Notes under the pieces: generated by a model
The model's database searches: none
What the model saw: only the letters and a program-made list of their open reading frames with translations
What the model was told of the DNA's origin: nothing
From: a virus
Virus record (IMG/VR): IMGVR_UViG_3300045988_115474
DNA length: 64,000 bases
Reading direction: 5' to 3' (one strand)
In this document: positions 39,666 to 49,172 of the stretch, piece by piece
How the letters are laid out: each line of letters begins with the position of its first letter
Position numbering within the stretch: position 1 is the first letter of the stretch
Position numbers and translations under genes: made by a program

Positions 39666-42600
39666 ATGTCAGATAATTTTGTAAATCTTCATGTACATAC
39701 AGCGCAGGGTTCGTTACTTGACTCTATTCTTACCGTCAAGGAACTTGTAGACTTTGCCAAAGAGAATGGTCAGAAGGCTATTGCTGTTACGGATCATGGC
39801 AAGATGCACTCTTTCGTTGACCAAGTTAAGGCTTGCAAAGCAGAAGGTATTAAGCCTATCATCGGCTGTGAAGTCTATGAAGTAGATAATCAGGCAGAGA
39901 AAGCCGATACAAAAGACTATAAGCAACCTCGTTACCATCTTGTTTTACTAGCAAAAAACGAGACCGGTTTAAAAAATCTATTTAAGATCGTTTCAAATGC
40001 TTGCGTTGATGGTATGTATAAAAAGCCTCGAACTTCTTTGAATATTATTGAACAGAATGAGTGGGGTAAAGGTATCATCTGTCTTACAGCCTGTCAAGTT
40101 GGTCGAATGAGTAGATTACTTGTTGATGGCAACGAGACTGAAGCATGGCAGCTATGGAATAGACTAAAATGGCTTTTTGACGATGTATTCATGGAAGTAC
40201 AGTCACATGATACGCCAGATCAAGCTGAGGCCAATGCAAAAATTGCGGCGTTTATTAGGAAATACGACTTGCCGTATACCATTACGACCGATGCTCACAT
40301 GCTTTCTAAAGAAGATATTGATGCACACTCTGTCTTTGTTGAGATTGGAGAAGGCCGAGAAGTTGGTGAAAACTACGTTGACTGCTATCTTCAGACTGAA
40401 AACGATGTTTTGAGAACGCTATCAAAGCAGTTTGATGAGGACTTTATCAAAAAAGGCTGTGAGATGTCTGTGAAAATCGCAGACGTGATTGATGATATCG
40501 ATATCGGTCTTGGACAGCCGAACCAGATGCCAGAAGTAAAAATTGAGGGAAAATTTGATTCTCATTTTGATTATCTTCGGCACCTTGTATATGCCACTTT
40601 TAATAAAAAATTCGGGTGGATGAGTGAAGTGGAACAGCAAACCCGGCGGAATCGTATTGAGATGGAACTGGATGTTTTGAAGTATGTTGATTATATTGAC
40701 TATTTCATTATGCTGTATATGCTTTGCGAAAAGGCTGATGAACGCAAAATTCCTCGTGGGTACTCTCGTGGTTCTGGCGCAAATTGTCTTTGCCTTTTTA
40801 TGGAGAATGTTACTCAGATTGACTCTGTTCGTTGGGATCTTGACTTCTCTCGCTTTGCAAACAAAGGTAGAAGGAGCCTGGCCGACTTCGACTTCGATGT
40901 CTCTAAACGTCGTCGAAAGGAACTTATTGCTATTGCAGAAGAACTTTTCGGCAAAGAAAATGTTGCTCCTATCGCTACGTTTAACTCTTTGTCTACAAAA
41001 GTTGCCATCAAAGATATTGGCAAAGTTCTGAACGAAGATCCAGAAAGCCCGTATTATATGCAGATTCCGTATGAATTACGTAATGAGGTCGCCAAGTTAA
41101 TTCCGACTGTAAAAACGCTGGATGACCTTGGCGAAGAAGTTGAAAAGGAAGTTCTACTAAAGGATATCCTCGGAAAGAGCGAACAGCTTTCTAATGTATA
41201 TGACAAGTTTCCTCTATGGTTCAAATACGTTATGCGTCTTGAGGGTCTGCCTAAGAGTATGGGTCGCCATGCTGCCGGTACATTGATTACGCCCAAGCCT
41301 GTCATTGAATATTGTCCTCTTTGTATGGACAGAGAAGGCAATCAGATGTGCCAACTTGAGATGCACAATGCCATGGATGATTTGTCGCTGGTCAAGATGG
41401 ACTTCCTTGGTCTTGAGAATCTGGACATTATTGACGATACGTTAAAGATGGCTGGATTAACATGGGAAGATGTCGATATCAACCATCTTGATCTAAGTGA
41501 TAAGGCTGTCTATGATACCGTCTACAAGTCGGGTAACACAATTGGCATTTTCCAGATGGAATCTGCAGAAGCACGAAAGATGTGTGTTGAAGCAAAGTGC
41601 GATAATGCTGAGGATATCATTGTTGTGAACGCAGCGAATCGTCCTGGTACTAAGGACAGCTTCCCGACGTATTGCTCCAATAAACTTCATCCAGAGACTA
41701 TCAAACTACTCCATCCTGACATCAAACAGCTTTTTGCTAAGACGCAATACATTCTTCTTTATCAGGAACAGGCACTAGCGGTATTCCGCTATGCAGGATT
41801 CCCTGAAACTGAGGTTGACAATGCTCGTCGTGCTATCGGCAAAAAAAAGAAAGATGTTATGGCATCCTTGGAAGTTCAGTTCCGAGATGGTCTTCACAAG
41901 AAAGGATGGAATGATTACCAGATTTCTGAGATGTGGGCACTAATCTTGAAGCAGGCTTCTTATTCCTTCAACCGGGGCCACGCAGTTGCTTATGGGCTTC
42001 TTTCTTACCTGACAGCATACCTGAAGACTCATTATACTGAGTATTTCATGGCTGCGTGTATGATTACTAAAGAAGATGATTCTGGCAAAATGGGTGTGTT
42101 CATCAATGAATGTGACCGTCTACATATTCGGGTCCTTCCTCCAAGTGTTAACAGGTCTGATATGGAATTTAAGGCCGATGCGGAAAAGCACACAATCCTG
42201 TTTGGTTTGAAAGCCATTAAGGGAATGGGCGAGAGTGTCGCATCAGGAGTGATTGCAGACCGTCCATATTCTGGATTGGCAGACTTTGTTCAGAGAGCAA
42301 ACGGTGGCAAGATTGGAACTTCAAACGTTGTCAAGTTGATTAAGGCTGGTGCTATCCCGACAAAAGACAAGAGAAAAATCTTAATCACTTTTGCAAATAT
42401 GGTTTTTGAGAACGAGTATAAAGAGAAGGATTTTCATGAGATGGCATCCCTTCCAAAAATCTCTGTTCTTAAAGACGAATATGGTATTGACACAAATTAT
42501 ATTAAAGATAAGCCTACTAGACTTGCTTTATATAATAAGGCAAGAAGGGTGCGCTGGGAGGCAGATGCAGAGAACCGCAAGAAGGAAAAAGACAAAAAGC

Positions 42601-43010
42601 GGAATGCCTTTATGCAGGCGTTTGCTGAAAAGTATATGCAAGACGAGCACATGTGGGAATTTGAAACTCTTTCAATGTTCTTGACTAGTAATCCCATTAA
42701 GGATGCTTGCACCTATATTGATGCTGGCCTTGATACTGTAGAGGATGGCGGTAAGGCAACTGCTATTTGTGTCATCGTAGATATCCAAAAAAAGAAGGAT
42801 AAACGTGGCAACCAGTTTGCGTACTTACATGTTTACACGACAGGTGGTATTGTCGAAATGATTTGTTGGGCATCTCAGTATGCACGATATTCAAGTCTGA
42901 TTTCAAAGGGTAGCGATCTTGCAATCCTTTGCAAGAGAAAAGAAAATTCGTACATTGTTGAGAAGATGAAGCCCTACAAGCAGTGGCTGCGTGATAGAGA
43001 GATAAAGTAA
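39666..43010 (+). CDS. dnaE: DNA polymerase III alpha subunit (DnaE-type, with PHP domain)
   Basis: 1114 aa; N-terminal PHP motif FVNLHVHTAQGSLLDS...AVTDHG; length and layout typical of DnaE; AGCGGAAGGAGAATAGATG RBS. Confidence 0.8.
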   Translation: MSDNFVNLHVHTAQGSLLDSILTVKELVDFAKENGQKAIAVTDHGKMHSFVDQVKACKAEGIKPIIGCEVYEVDNQAEKADTKDYKQPRYHLVLLAKNETGLKNLFKIVSNACVDGMYKKPRTSLNIIEQNEWGKGIICLTACQVGRMSRLLVDGNETEAWQLWNRLKWLFDDVFMEVQSHDTPDQAEANAKIAAFIRKYDLPYTITTDAHMLSKEDIDAHSVFVEIGEGREVGENYVDCYLQTENDVLRTLSKQFDEDFIKKGCEMSVKIADVIDDIDIGLGQPNQMPEVKIEGKFDSHFDYLRHLVYATFNKKFGWMSEVEQQTRRNRIEMELDVLKYVDYIDYFIMLYMLCEKADERKIPRGYSRGSGANCLCLFMENVTQIDSVRWDLDFSRFANKGRRSLADFDFDVSKRRRKELIAIAEELFGKENVAPIATFNSLSTKVAIKDIGKVLNEDPESPYYMQIPYELRNEVAKLIPTVKTLDDLGEEVEKEVLLKDILGKSEQLSNVYDKFPLWFKYVMRLEGLPKSMGRHAAGTLITPKPVIEYCPLCMDREGNQMCQLEMHNAMDDLSLVKMDFLGLENLDIIDDTLKMAGLTWEDVDINHLDLSDKAVYDTVYKSGNTIGIFQMESAEARKMCVEAKCDNAEDIIVVNAANRPGTKDSFPTYCSNKLHPETIKLLHPDIKQLFAKTQYILLYQEQALAVFRYAGFPETEVDNARRAIGKKKKDVMASLEVQFRDGLHKKGWNDYQISEMWALILKQASYSFNRGHAVAYGLLSYLTAYLKTHYTEYFMAACMITKEDDSGKMGVFINECDRLHIRVLPPSVNRSDMEFKADAEKHTILFGLKAIKGMGESVASGVIADRPYSGLADFVQRANGGKIGTSNVVKLIKAGAIPTKDKRKILITFANMVFENEYKEKDFHEMASLPKISVLKDEYGIDTNYIKDKPTRLALYNKARRVRWEADAENRKKEKDKKRNAFMQAFAEKYMQDEHMWEFETLSMFLTSNPIKDACTYIDAGLDTVEDGGKATAICVIVDIQKKKDKRGNQFAYLHVYTTGGIVEMICWASQYARYSSLISKGSDLAILCKRKENSYIVEKMKPYKQWLRDREIK

Positions 43011-43240
43011 TGAATGGTGTTTTATATACTATTGACGGAGAGGTTATTTGTGAGCTTCCTATGTTTAAAATTGATTGGTACAAAGATAAAACTGTAATTA
43101 AGATACATTGTACAAATTGTTGCGTCGTTAGAAAAGTTCAGAAGTGGAAGTTTGACCGCGCAGAACAATGCGAGCGTACCACAAAATGGTTTTATTGCAG
43201 AGTGTGCGGAGGACTGACAGAATTTAGATTAGGTGCATAA
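43010..43240 (+). CDS. hypothetical zinc-ribbon protein
   Basis: CTNCC...CRVCGG; TAATG overlap with dnaE. Confidence 0.45.
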   Translation: MNGVLYTIDGEVICELPMFKIDWYKDKTVIKIHCTNCCVVRKVQKWKFDRAEQCERTTKWFYCRVCGGLTEFRLGA

Positions 43241-43255
43241 TAAGAGGGTTATAAA

Positions 43256-45586
43256 GTGGCAGATAAGAAATTTAATGAAAATATGATCCGTTGTTACATC
43301 AGGATAAAACGAGTCTTTTATCCGAAAGATGGGAAGGAGGTGGAGCCCGGCGGCTTCGCCACTTTCTCTGCCGAGGTGGTAAAAGTCAAGCAGGGGAATC
43401 CTGTTATGAGTCGATACAGTGACCTCCGGCTAAAAGGCAACGTTCCTAGCCTTGATATGAATAAAACTTATTCGTTCTGTGGTGAATATGTTCACCATGA
43501 AAAGTTTGGTGATCAGTATAAAATCGTCTATATGAACGAGTTCCAAGAGATTACTGACCCAGAAGAACAGAAAAGCTTTCTCCATTTTATCTTGACAGAA
43601 CATCAGTTCGAGATGCTTTACGAAGCATTTGATAATCCGTATGAGATCATCAAGAACGGTGATATCAAGTCTCTTTGCACTGTTAGTGGAATTACGGAAG
43701 GTCGAGCCCAGAAAATTATCGATGCCTTTGAAAATAACATTGATAATAGCGAAGCATACACGAAGCTGATTGAGTATGGCTTAACTCCTAGTGCTATCGG
43801 AAAACTTGTTCATCAATATCACGGCGCAGACACTCTGGTGAGAAAGATTGAAGAGAACCCTTATGTTTTGATTGACGATGTATATGGTATCGGTTGGAAG
43901 AAGGCTGACGCTCTTGCTTTGAATATGGGATTGAAGCCAAACTCTCAGTTCCGAATTGAAGCTTACGTCATGCATTTTCTTGCTGACCGTGCCGAAGAAG
44001 GCAATTCTATCATCCCGGCAAACCAGACAATCAATAGCTGTATCAAGGAACTTGAATTGGATGAGGGAGACCAAGAGGTCATCAAGAGAGCACTTTTTCA
44101 TCTGCATGATGTACGTGAAACACTTTGGTGGAGCGATGACCGTCAGGAATTTGCTTTAACTAGAGTGTGGAATCTGGAAGATAGTATTGCGAAGGAAATC
44201 AAGCGTCTGGCGGATGCTCCTGTTGAGCCGATTGGTCGAAATATAGATGCAGCAATCAATGAGGCCGAAAATGCGCTTGGCATCGAGTATACCGAAGAGC
44301 AGAGAGATGCCATTAAAAAGGTATGCTCTAGTAACGTCTGTATCCTAACAGGCTACGGAGGAACCGGTAAAAGTACCGTTGTCGCTGGTGTCCTAAAGGT
44401 TCTTCGTGGTAAGTCGTTTGCCCAGACTGCACTCTCTGGTCGTGCTGCTGCTCGTATGCAGGAGATTACTGGTCAGGACGGCAAGACAATTCACCGCCTT
44501 CTTGGTTACGACATTGAGAATGGTGATTTTGCCCATAACAAAAACAATCCTTTAGAAGAGGATATCATCATTCTGGATGAAACCTCTATGGTTGGTGCTA
44601 AATTATTTTACGATTTGATTCAAGCAATCGAAACTGGTAAGCGATTTATCATGATTGGTGATGACGGCCAGCTTGAGAGTATTGGTATGTGCAACATCTT
44701 CAAGGATATGCTCGCCTCCAAAGTTGTTCCGGTTGCTCGCTTGACGAAGATTCACCGTCAGGCTGCTAAGTCAGCGATTGTCACAGAGAGCATCAAGGTT
44801 CGTAATGCCACGCAATTGGTTCCTTACGGTTGGGCTGGTAATGAGATTCGTGGTGAGCTGCGTGATTTGGAGCTAGATATCTACAAGGATGCAGGCGAGT
44901 CGTTTAACCACATCATCAATCAATACCGTACCTTATATAATAAGGTAGGGAATGACAGCGCAAAGATTCAGATTGTACTTCCGCAGAAGCTCCGTGGTAG
45001 TATTTGCACCTACGAGGTGAATAACGCTATTCAGGAAATTGTGAATCCGAGTCGTGGTCAGACCGAAGCGAAGATCTCCATCTATGGTGATGGCAAGGAT
45101 AGAGTGTACACTCTGCGCGAGGGCGATCAGGTCATTATCAACAAGAATAACTATGAACTTCATACATACAATCTCAAGACAAAGAAAAAAGAAGAGAAGT
45201 GTCCGGTGTTTAACGGCAACCGTGGCATCATTCGAAAGATCGAAAATAGTTTTATTCTGGTTGACTTTGACCAATGGGGCACAATCTTCATTCCTCATTA
45301 TTTTGGTGGGAACAACATCTGGGCAACACTTGAACTCGCTTATGCTTTGAGTTGTCATAAACTGCAAGGTAGCGAAGCTCCGTATGTGATTGTCGGCATG
45401 GATAACTCTGCATACTTGATGTTGACGAGAGAATGGCTCTATACGGCCATTACTCGTGCCAAGAAGTATTGTGTGATTTGCGCTGAAACTCATGCACTTG
45501 ACCGAGCGGTAAAGACTTCGAGAGTTCCATACAAGCGGACGTTCCTGAAGGAATTTTTACGGAAAGAATTTTCAGAAAAGCATTGA
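43256..45586 (+). CDS. RecD-like (RecD2/SF1B) ATP-dependent DNA helicase
   Basis: Walker A ILTGYGGTGKST, motif Ia KTIHRLLGY, Walker B IIILDETSMV, motif III IMIGDDGQLESIG, C-terminal SH3-like region; GTG start after TAAGAGGGTTATAAA. Confidence 0.8.
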   Translation: MADKKFNENMIRCYIRIKRVFYPKDGKEVEPGGFATFSAEVVKVKQGNPVMSRYSDLRLKGNVPSLDMNKTYSFCGEYVHHEKFGDQYKIVYMNEFQEITDPEEQKSFLHFILTEHQFEMLYEAFDNPYEIIKNGDIKSLCTVSGITEGRAQKIIDAFENNIDNSEAYTKLIEYGLTPSAIGKLVHQYHGADTLVRKIEENPYVLIDDVYGIGWKKADALALNMGLKPNSQFRIEAYVMHFLADRAEEGNSIIPANQTINSCIKELELDEGDQEVIKRALFHLHDVRETLWWSDDRQEFALTRVWNLEDSIAKEIKRLADAPVEPIGRNIDAAINEAENALGIEYTEEQRDAIKKVCSSNVCILTGYGGTGKSTVVAGVLKVLRGKSFAQTALSGRAAARMQEITGQDGKTIHRLLGYDIENGDFAHNKNNPLEEDIIILDETSMVGAKLFYDLIQAIETGKRFIMIGDDGQLESIGMCNIFKDMLASKVVPVARLTKIHRQAAKSAIVTESIKVRNATQLVPYGWAGNEIRGELRDLELDIYKDAGESFNHIINQYRTLYNKVGNDSAKIQIVLPQKLRGSICTYEVNNAIQEIVNPSRGQTEAKISIYGDGKDRVYTLREGDQVIINKNNYELHTYNLKTKKKEEKCPVFNGNRGIIRKIENSFILVDFDQWGTIFIPHYFGGNNIWATLELAYALSCHKLQGSEAPYVIVGMDNSAYLMLTREWLYTAITRAKKYCVICAETHALDRAVKTSRVPYKRTFLKEFLRKEFSEKH

Positions 45587-45611
45587 CAATTATATTGGTA
45601 TCCTGTATAAT
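45583..45611 (+). promoter_or_regulatory. consensus promoter TTGACA-17-TATAAT with embedded GTATCCTGTATAATATAGCTA element
   Basis: TTGACA 45583-45588 and TATAAT 45606-45611; overlaps the last codons of the RecD-like gene. Confidence 0.65.
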
Positions 45612-45657
45612 ATAGCTATAAAAAGTCTCCATCTCGGAGGCTTAAAATTCTCTCTTT

Positions 45658-45677
45658 AACTACATAATACAGGATAC
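45658..45677 (+). promoter_or_regulatory. conserved element, B orientation (AACTACATAATACAGGATAC)
   Basis: Second of three element copies within 180 bp. Confidence 0.45.
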
Positions 45678-45680
45678 GAG

Positions 45681-45717
45681 AAAGAAATGGCTTGCTCGTA
45701 ATGGCAAGCCTTTCTTT
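45681..45717 (+). terminator. rho-independent (possibly bidirectional) terminator
   Basis: AAAGAAA-T-GGCTTGC [TCGTAATG] GCAAGCC-TTTCTTT: a ~14-bp stem flanked by an A-tract and a T-tract. Confidence 0.7.
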
Positions 45718-45726
45718 ATTCATTAT

Positions 45727-45746
45727 AACTATATAACACAGGATGC
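45727..45746 (+). promoter_or_regulatory. conserved element, B orientation variant (AACTATATAACACAGGATGC), directly upstream of the ligase RBS
   Basis: Followed by GCAAGGAGGCTTTATG. Confidence 0.45.
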
Positions 45747-45759
45747 GCAAGGAGGCTTT

Positions 45760-47091
45760 ATGACAGATAAAGAGCTTATAGGTAAGCTCGATGCGATGGT
45801 AAAGGCATTGCAGAGCACGAAGAAAAAGACAGATAAGACCCGCATTTTGCTGGATGAACGAAAGGATTTTGGGGCTGAAGCTGACGAGTTGATGGCTTTC
45901 TTCCGATTCTTGCTTGATCCGGCAATCGTAACTGGACTGTCGGATGCAAAAATCAATAAACAGGTGAGTGCCAAACCTGAAATTGATATCCAGTATCTCA
46001 GTTGTGGATACCTTTATATTATGGGCGCTGGTCACAACACTGGTTCCGACACATCCATCGCAACAATCCAGAATTATTTACATAAAAATCCTGAGCACGA
46101 AGAGTTTCTAAAGCGGCTGTTTACCAAGAATTTGCCGATTGGTGTGGAAGCTGCTACCATCAATAAGGTGTATGGCGAGGAAATTATTCCTGTCTGGGAG
46201 GTTCAGCAGGGATATCCGATTGATAAGGTGAAGTTGAAACCCGGCATCTGGTTCAGTCTGAGCCAGAAGATGAACGGCAATAGGGGCACAATGTATCGTG
46301 GAGATTTAATTTCTCGTCAAGCGCAGAAGTTTGAAGGACTCGATCATATTAAGAATGATCTGCTCGCTCTATATGATGGAGGTGTGGAGAGGCGAGATTC
46401 TTTGGTGTTTGATGGCGAACTCATTTATAAGAACCCTGAAGGAATGTCGGACGGAGAGGCGTTTCGTTTCGGCACTGGCCTACTTAATTCTGACAGCAAG
46501 AACAAGACTGGAATTAAATTTGTGATTTTTGATGTAATTCCTGTTGTAGAGTTCGACTGTGGAAAGTGTGCTGTCCAGTATCAAACCCGCCGGAAATGGC
46601 TAAATTGTCTTCGTGCGGAGATTGCTCGTAAGAATCTTGAAAACATCGAAATTGTTCCAATGGTATACGAAGGTACTGACCAGAGTGTGATTCCGAAGTG
46701 GCTTGATTATGCTGTGGCACATGATTGGGAGGGTTTGATGTTGAACACCAATGTTCCTTATCAGCGTAAGCGTCATATCGGCTGTCTCAAAATTAAGCGT
46801 TTTTACACTGTTGACCTGCGAATCACCGCGATTGAAGAGGGTCAGAATCGTCTGGCTGGTACGATGGGCGCTCTGGTTGTGGACTACAAGGGCAACGAGC
46901 TTCGTGTCGGCTCTGGTTTTGATGATGCTACGAGAGCTGCTGTGTGGGCAAATCCTGATAATTACATCGGCAAGATCGTTGAATGTAAGTACAAAGAGGT
47001 CAGCTGTGATAAGAAAACTGGTGCGGAGTCCCTGCAGTTCCCGACCTTTGTGCGGTTCCGAAACGACAAGAACGAAGTGAGCTACGGCTAA
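45760..47091 (+). CDS. ATP-dependent DNA ligase
   Basis: Nucleotidyltransferase motifs I KMNGNRG (K-x-N-G variant), III LVFDGELIY, IV DWEGLMLN, V LKIKR, followed by an OB-like C-terminus. Confidence 0.8.
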   Translation: MTDKELIGKLDAMVKALQSTKKKTDKTRILLDERKDFGAEADELMAFFRFLLDPAIVTGLSDAKINKQVSAKPEIDIQYLSCGYLYIMGAGHNTGSDTSIATIQNYLHKNPEHEEFLKRLFTKNLPIGVEAATINKVYGEEIIPVWEVQQGYPIDKVKLKPGIWFSLSQKMNGNRGTMYRGDLISRQAQKFEGLDHIKNDLLALYDGGVERRDSLVFDGELIYKNPEGMSDGEAFRFGTGLLNSDSKNKTGIKFVIFDVIPVVEFDCGKCAVQYQTRRKWLNCLRAEIARKNLENIEIVPMVYEGTDQSVIPKWLDYAVAHDWEGLMLNTNVPYQRKRHIGCLKIKRFYTVDLRITAIEEGQNRLAGTMGALVVDYKGNELRVGSGFDDATRAAVWANPDNYIGKIVECKYKEVSCDKKTGAESLQFPTFVRFRNDKNEVSYG

Positions 47092-47101
47092 GGAGAAGAT
47101 T

Positions 47102-47485
47102 ATGAAAACTTATTATGCAGTAACCGAAGGCGAATACTCAGACTATCGGATTATTACTATTACTGAAGATAAAGAAAAAGCGGAAAGAATCGCTGCAGCC
47201 TACGACGGTGATGTCGAAGAGTACGAGGATTGTATTATAAATCCGATTGGGATCTGGAAGGTTTATCACTACGAAAAAAATGGAAACTGGCTCGTAATCC
47301 ATTCCAATAGAGATGTTGAAGATATTAAAGACAAAGAGTGGAAACCTGATTATTTTGATTCGGCTCCTTACGATAAGGGAATGGTGTGGACTATTTATGT
47401 GACCGCTGAGAATAGAGAACTTGCTCAGAAGATTGCTTATGATAAGTATGCTCAGTGGAAAGCTGAACGAGAGGGGCTGGCATGA
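47102..47485 (+). CDS. hypothetical protein
   Basis: ORF-track ORF; TAAGGAGAAGATTATG RBS. Confidence 0.5.
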   Translation: MKTYYAVTEGEYSDYRIITITEDKEKAERIAAAYDGDVEEYEDCIINPIGIWKVYHYEKNGNWLVIHSNRDVEDIKDKEWKPDYFDSAPYDKGMVWTIYVTAENRELAQKIAYDKYAQWKAEREGLA

Positions 47486-47754
47486 ATCTTTCTAAGAAGT
47501 CTATTAAACACATTCTTCGGATTCTGGATAACAAATGTGTCGAAGTTCCTACAAAGGCATCTGCTTATAGCAGTGGTGGACGTAGAATTTTAACTCGTGA
47601 TTTTGAGCCAAAGGTGTCACATGGCATGAATGGCTGGCAACGAATTGTCTATGTACCGTCCGAAGGATATTTTTACGGAATTTATAATGGGAAATCGGAA
47701 GAAGATTGGGATATTCCAGATATCTGGTCTCCTGCACAGTTTGCTGATTTGTGA
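47482..47754 (+). CDS. hypothetical protein
   Basis: ORF-track ORF; ATGA overlap. Confidence 0.45.
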   Translation: MNLSKKSIKHILRILDNKCVEVPTKASAYSSGGRRILTRDFEPKVSHGMNGWQRIVYVPSEGYFYGIYNGKSEEDWDIPDIWSPAQFADL

Positions 47755-47764
47755 GGTATTTAAA

Positions 47765-47986
47765 ATGCTACTTTTAACGCAAGGCGGGAATATTGTAAAC
47801 CTAGAACGTATGGCAACCATTGATACAATGGCACTTCAAATCTATGCAAGGCAGTGTATCAATGAACGTGGAATTATTCTTGGTAGTTATGATGACGAAG
47901 GAAGATGCTACGATATCATTTCTGAGATTTATGAGGAGTATTCAAAGGGAATGACTACGTACACGATGCCGAGGGATGGAGAATGA
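47765..47986 (+). CDS. hypothetical protein
   Basis: In frame with ORF-track 47630-47986; ATG 47765 after TGAGGTATTTAAA. Confidence 0.45.
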   Translation: MLLLTQGGNIVNLERMATIDTMALQIYARQCINERGIILGSYDDEGRCYDIISEIYEEYSKGMTTYTMPRDGE

Positions 47987-48222
47987 ACGACTTCCGCAAA
48001 CTAGCCATCCCAAAGAAAGAACGACTTGAAGTTCAACTTACGGATGACACAGAAGAACACAATATATTGTACATAATTACATCTCTAGCCACTATAAAAG
48101 GTGCTGAGATTTTTAAAAATTTTCGTTTGTATTCTGTAGGCTCCGCCGGGGAGCTCAACTTATTAGAGAAGCGAGACGGCGATCCCTACTTTGATAAGCT
48201 GAAAGGAACAGAATATGAGTAA
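47983..48222 (+). CDS. hypothetical protein
   Basis: ORF-track ORF; ATGA overlap. Confidence 0.45.
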   Translation: MNDFRKLAIPKKERLEVQLTDDTEEHNILYIITSLATIKGAEIFKNFRLYSVGSAGELNLLEKRDGDPYFDKLKGTEYE

Positions 48223-48562
48223 TTCGATGAATCGAGAAGACCGGCGCAGAGAGCAGCGTAAGGCACGAATCCTTGCCCGACGAATCAAGAAGGCCGGTGG
48301 CCCAGACTTTTTGGCTGGAATGCCAGTTGAAGAGTGGGAACCAAAGATTGGTGATGAGGTCACTATTAAGGTAAAGAGGATTCAGGGTAAGAAGGATTTC
48401 TTTAAGATGAGTCCGCAGTATCAGGACTTTATCAATAGCCTTGAGGATGGAAAACCTTATAAGATCACTAGCACCGGCATGAAGGGTCAGGTATACGGCA
48501 TCGACGCACATCCTTATTTCCAGATTTGGAAGGGTGATATGGAGCCCTATAAGGAGTCCTAA
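48215..48562 (+). CDS. hypothetical basic protein
   Basis: ORF-track ORF. Confidence 0.45.
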   Translation: MSNSMNREDRRREQRKARILARRIKKAGGPDFLAGMPVEEWEPKIGDEVTIKVKRIQGKKDFFKMSPQYQDFINSLEDGKPYKITSTGMKGQVYGIDAHPYFQIWKGDMEPYKES

Positions 48563-48813
48563 TGAGGATGTACTTCAGGACGGACTATTACAGTTATGTT
48601 GCTACAATAGATAGTTTTGTTCAACTTAAAAAGGGTAACGCATACGAAGTGCTCGCAGATTTGGATGAATATTACATTATTATGATGGATGGTATACCAC
48701 TTGAAAAAGAACTAGGCATTGTAGTTGTAATTCCAAAAGAAGACCTTGAAGATGATGTATATGTCGTGACTGGAAAGAGTGAAGAATTTGATGAAGGAGG
48801 TGGGGCGATATGA
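48562..48813 (+). CDS. hypothetical protein
   Basis: ORF-track ORF; TAATG overlap. Confidence 0.45.
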   Translation: MRMYFRTDYYSYVATIDSFVQLKKGNAYEVLADLDEYYIIMMDGIPLEKELGIVVVIPKEDLEDDVYVVTGKSEEFDEGGGAI

Positions 48814-49013
48814 TTGGTATTGACCATCGTGAGCAAGGTCGTAAGGAACGAGCCCTTGCAGAGTATTATAGAACCTTAGCTCGATATCCTGTCGAGTGTG
48901 GAGAGCCGATTACATATCAGTTGTCAGAAGAGCAACTTAAACAGGTTCTCTGTGGAGAGGTTACTGTTGATGAGTTGATTAAAAGAGGTGAGGTAAATGA
49001 GAGACAGGATTAA
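48810..49013 (+). CDS. hypothetical protein
   Basis: ORF-track ORF; ATGA overlap. Confidence 0.45.
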   Translation: MIGIDHREQGRKERALAEYYRTLARYPVECGEPITYQLSEEQLKQVLCGEVTVDELIKRGEVNERQD

Positions 49014-49015
49014 GA

Positions 49016-49162
49016 TGTGGATCGCTTTCGTTAAGATTTTTAAGGATTATCTTATTGCGGTCGGAATCATGATTGTGTTGTGGCTGCTGTCTTGCCTTAT
49101 CAAATATGGTATTTCAGTATCCAGTTTTCCAGATTGGTTTAAGTTTGCACTTCTAAAGTAAA
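49016..49162 (+). CDS. hypothetical small membrane protein (48 aa)
   Basis: ATG 49016; 49 codons verified; hydrophobic core IAVGIMIVLWLLSCLI. Confidence 0.3.
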
Positions 49163-49172
49163 GGAGGATTAA

